Positions 60,277 to 64,000 of a DNA stretch of 64,000 nt are shown piece by piece. Each line of letters starts with the position of its first letter. Position 1 is the first letter of the stretch. This DNA comes from Azolla caroliniana (Eukaryota > Plantae > Polypodiophyta): NCBI GenBank assembly GCA_043228905.1, contig JBHGNT010000003.1:2046001-2110000 (forward strand). The letters are read 5' to 3'. The notes beneath the pieces are model-generated. The model ran no database searches. It was not told the DNA's origin and was given only the letters and a program-made list of their open reading frames with translations. Made by a program: the position numbers and the translations under genes.

Positions 60277-62721
60277 CCATCATCCTTTCGTCTCCGGATC
60301 GTTGCGTGAATCAGTTGGGAACCACCGAGGTTTTTTACTAGGAGAAGAAGAAGAATCCCCCGAATATTTTGTATTAATCAATTCTTATAAAAAAAATCAA
60401 CAACCCAATACATCTTTCTCTCTTCCTTATATAGTGTTGGAAGAGTCTAAGTTTATCACATGCAAGCATCATGCTTTTCCTAACTTTAGTTTTCATGCAC
60501 ACTGCATGTGCATGATTAGCTTTACTTTAGTTTTCATGCACACTGCATGTGCATGATTAGCTTTACTTTAGTTTTCATGCACACTGCATGTGCATGATTA
60601 GCTTTCTATCCCATCTTTTCTTTTAACTCGAGTGTGTATGCATGAATAACTTTTTGTACCATGCATATCTAGAATATTTACATGGGATAAAGTTTAGTAT
60701 AACTTTAGTATGCTAGTATAGTGGTAAGGTTGGGGTTTTCCTACGTGGAGGTATAGGGTTCAAATCCTGCCCTATGCATGTAATAAGTATTTTTAATACT
60801 TTCTTTTTTATTTATTATACGTACTCTAAATCGGATATAGTGTTTTACATATTTCACGTAGTGTGTGATTCACACTACGACACTCGCCCCTCCGAATCTG
60901 CACATCCTCCGGTATGTGCCAAAGTCCCCGATGCTTGTTATTCACCTTCATCCGAAGCTTCCTCCGATTCTCCCCTTAAGTCGACTATGAGTTGTAATCC
61001 ACTTTCTTCCCTTTCCGCATCACCACGATCTTCGTCTGATTGCTCCTCCTTGTCAGTCTTATCTAGGATCATATAGGGTTCTTCATCACACCGCTTTTTG
61101 AAAATCTTCACCCGTTTCCCGGCTATAGGCACTCGTAGTATCGTTCCATCCAACTCACATAGTCGGTAAGTTCCGTTGTCAAAAACTTTCCAAACCTCGT
61201 ATGGCCCGAACCACCTTTTCGCGAACTTCTGCATCGTTGTATGTTGATGATCCAAACTACTGTCGTAAACAATCACCCAATATCCTTCTTCAATCTTCCG
61301 CGGTTGTAGTCGGTGCTTTGTGTCGAACCGGCTTTTATTCCGGAATCGCGCTTCTTGTTGTCGGCGTATTGCTTCTGCTATGTCTTCCGATCTACCCTCT
61401 AGTTGGCGTATCCGGACCGCTAGTAGTTCTTCCCGGCTCATCTCTTCCTTCCACGGTAGCACTGTCCATGTCGCGATTGCGGTTTCCGTTGGCATTACCG
61501 GTGCTTGTCCGGTCATGAGTTCTGCTGGCATGTAACCGGTTACGAAGCTATGTGTCCTCCGATCCGCCCATAGTGCATACGGGAGCATCTGCAGCCAATC
61601 CTTCACCCTTCCGTCGCATGCTTTGGCAAGTGCTTTGACGATCGGACTATGTCCTCGTTCGATTTTCTCGTTGGCCTCCAGATTGTATGCCATTGTTAGT
61701 GTTAATCGAACTCCATGTTTGGTGAAGAATTCCTTAGCTTTATCAGAGTCGAATTCTCCCCAATCCACAATCACTTGTCCTACACACCGGTACCTGCAAA
61801 ACACCTCATCCAAAAGAAATTGGCATACTGCAGAACACGTTTTCCTTCGTAGCGCCCGACCTTCTACTTGGTTTGTGAGATCTTCGCGAGCTAACACCAA
61901 GTACTTCTTTTGTCCGATCCCAGTTCGCATGGCTACAATATCGACTATCCACTTGAAGTTGATTGTCGGTGAGAATGTCGAATGTAACTCATCTCGATGT
62001 CGAACTCCGGAGTAGATTTAACACTTCTCACAGCTTTCCGTGAACTCAGCTATATCTTTGCACATGTTCTTCCACCAATATTTTTGTTTGATTTTCACAA
62101 AAGTTGCCCATGTTCCTCGATGTCCAGCCCAATCGGATTCGTGAAATTCGGACATTATCCAGTTTCGTTGCTCTTTCATCCCAACTACCCGAAGTGGTAT
62201 GCCATCCGGTCTTTTCGGCTCCCTCCATATTAATCCATTTTTCAAGAAGAACTTTCGGACTTGCCGCTTCTTACTTCGGATCTCGGCTCTCTTCTCTTTA
62301 TTGTCCAATGATTCCTCGATTTCTTGTAGCACTTTCCCAATCAGCAAGCTTTCTCCCTCGTATTCTTCTTCCCGGAATTCTCGGATTACGTTCACCCAGC
62401 ATATGTGCTCCGAAGCAAAGTAGTCTTCGGAAACTTCTTCATTATTGGATTCGGTTATGTCATCTCCGAACCACGCCCTTGATAGCATATCCGCCACAAC
62501 ATTGTCTTTTCCGAAGATGTGTCATACCTCCGGATTAAGTGACTTAACATATGCAATCCACCTTAGCATAGCCACATCCGGTATCGTGCAACACCGCATC
62601 ATCCCGAGTATCGGAAGACAATCTGTTTCGATCACTACTTCGGCTCCGATCAAATAATCTCGATCCGATTTGATTGCCGACACGACTCCCCATAATTCTC
62701 TTTTGACTTGTGCATACCTGC
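60277..62721 (-). mobile_element. Gypsy element F fragment (RNase H, integrase, PPT, partial 3' LTR), interrupted by G
   Basis: Integrase ORFs 60938-61930 and 62018-62497. PPT 60883-60898. LTR from 60882 downward with ~39-bp tandem repeats at 60485-60605. Confidence 0.88.
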
Positions 62722-63293
62722 TGTCGTGAAGAATTTCGACCAGAGGCGAAAACCGGGGAACATTGGCTACATCGGCGGGGTGCAGCGTGTGTACGCACCC
62801 ATGTACATTTAGTGTGAATATCGAGGGCGCCTTTATGGCGCCGAAGAGTAGTCAAGTCAGGACAGACGATCCCATGTAAGTCGGGATTTGTCCTGCATTG
62901 TAATGCCTCCCTTTCCTTGTTCTATAAAAGGAAGGGAACGCCCTTTGTAAAAGGGTTGCCCATTTTGCATTAGAGGGTATACCGTTAGGTTTAGAGTTAG
63001 CTTCTTCTTCTTCTTCTCCTTCGTATTCGTTTAGGGTTTGCTGCAGCTCATCTCCTGCGCAAGACCCCACTCGGCGCGACGAGCCCGTGAGCTCCCCGAC
63101 GGCGGCTTGGCAGCAGACGACTACTGTATTCTTCATATATATATACATACATATACGTTTATGTTTGTCTATGTATATTCGCGTCGTTGTTGGCGTCGGG
63201 TGCTTACCCTCTCCTGCGTTTTCTGTACATAAGGCGTGAGTCGGGTTGAGCTGCGTGTGCGTGTGCGTGTGTGTGTGTGCGTGAGTCGGTGTT

Positions 63294-63387
<94 letters not shown>

Positions 63388-64000
63388 TCGGTTGCTTCCG
63401 GTGTGTTTGTGGGATGCCCTAGAAACAGTGAAGCACGACTCCCTACGCTCCATCACTCTCTCGTCCAAGACCCCCGTGGTCCCGCCTTTCTCCACTCACG
63501 CGCGTAACAACGCAACATATTTGGTGAACCCGACGTGAAAGGTGGCAAGGGAGGATGGAGTAGGAAGACGACGACCATGCGGGGATGGTGGCCGAAGTGG
63601 TGTTGGAGTCGGCACGAGTGGTGATGAGGCGAGAAGCAGCGCAACAAGCGGTTGAGCGAGTGGTCGAAAGAGTCGGCCGTTTCAACGGGGACAAAGTCCC
63701 ATCTTACTTGCAAGCCTACAACGCGGAAATGGAGGAGCGTGGCGTAGACGAGGCGTTGAGGCTGGAGTTCTTCTGTCTGGTCGTAGCTGTCCGGATGCAT
63801 GCGGAAGTAAAGGAGCTCTGTGAGGCTCATAGTTCATGGGAGGCCTTCGAAGAGGCGCTCCTAAAAGCATATGGAGGACGGCGGAAGAGCCGGGGACGGC
63901 ACCACTTCGACCAGTGGGTAGCATCGGCAAAGACCCACCGGGGTGCGACAAAGGCGTTCCAGGAGTTCAAGCGACGACTTGCTCGGCCCCCAGAGCGGGA
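62722..64000 (+). mobile_element. Gypsy-group element G: 5' LTR, PBS and start of gag (runs off the window)
   Basis: LTR 62722-63517 (TGTCGTGAAG..CAACA), perfect PBS 63522-63539, gag AQQAVERVVERVGRFNGDKV from ~63555. Confidence 0.9.

Noticed and set aside
60707-60780. Functional tRNA gene
   Set aside because: A/B boxes are present but the acceptor and anticodon stems do not form. Reported only as a tRNA-like module.
63300-63385. (CT)n, (GA)n and (TAA)n tracts and the RERERE/SLSLSL ORFs they generate
   Set aside because: Ordinary microsatellites within LTRs; the ORFs are artefacts.

Overview
No host genes are visible. The window is almost entirely nested transposable elements from a plant genome; a seed-free land plant such as a fern is my inference from the TE lineages, not something the sequence shows directly. 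It contains four Ty1/copia elements, one apparently intact with matching LTRs (1379-6745). It also contains about nine copies or LTRs of a non-chromoviral Ty3/gypsy group, several solo LTRs, L1/Tx1-type and RTEX-like LINE remnants, a hAT-like MITE and a 148-bp foldback element, nested up to five layers deep. The gypsy group is the most notable system. It has an 18-nt PBS matching tRNA-Trp, protease encoded in the gag ORF, and a conserved G_GAU_UUU_UAG -1 slippery site with a covarying stem/pseudoknot leading into RT-RH-INT. It also shows 4-bp target duplications centred on CpG, covarying hairpins before the PPT and in U5, a tandem gag-only derivative with an acidic repeat domain, and antisense tRNA-like A/B boxes in two LTR types. 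Element letters (A-N) are my labels. All alignments were done by eye.
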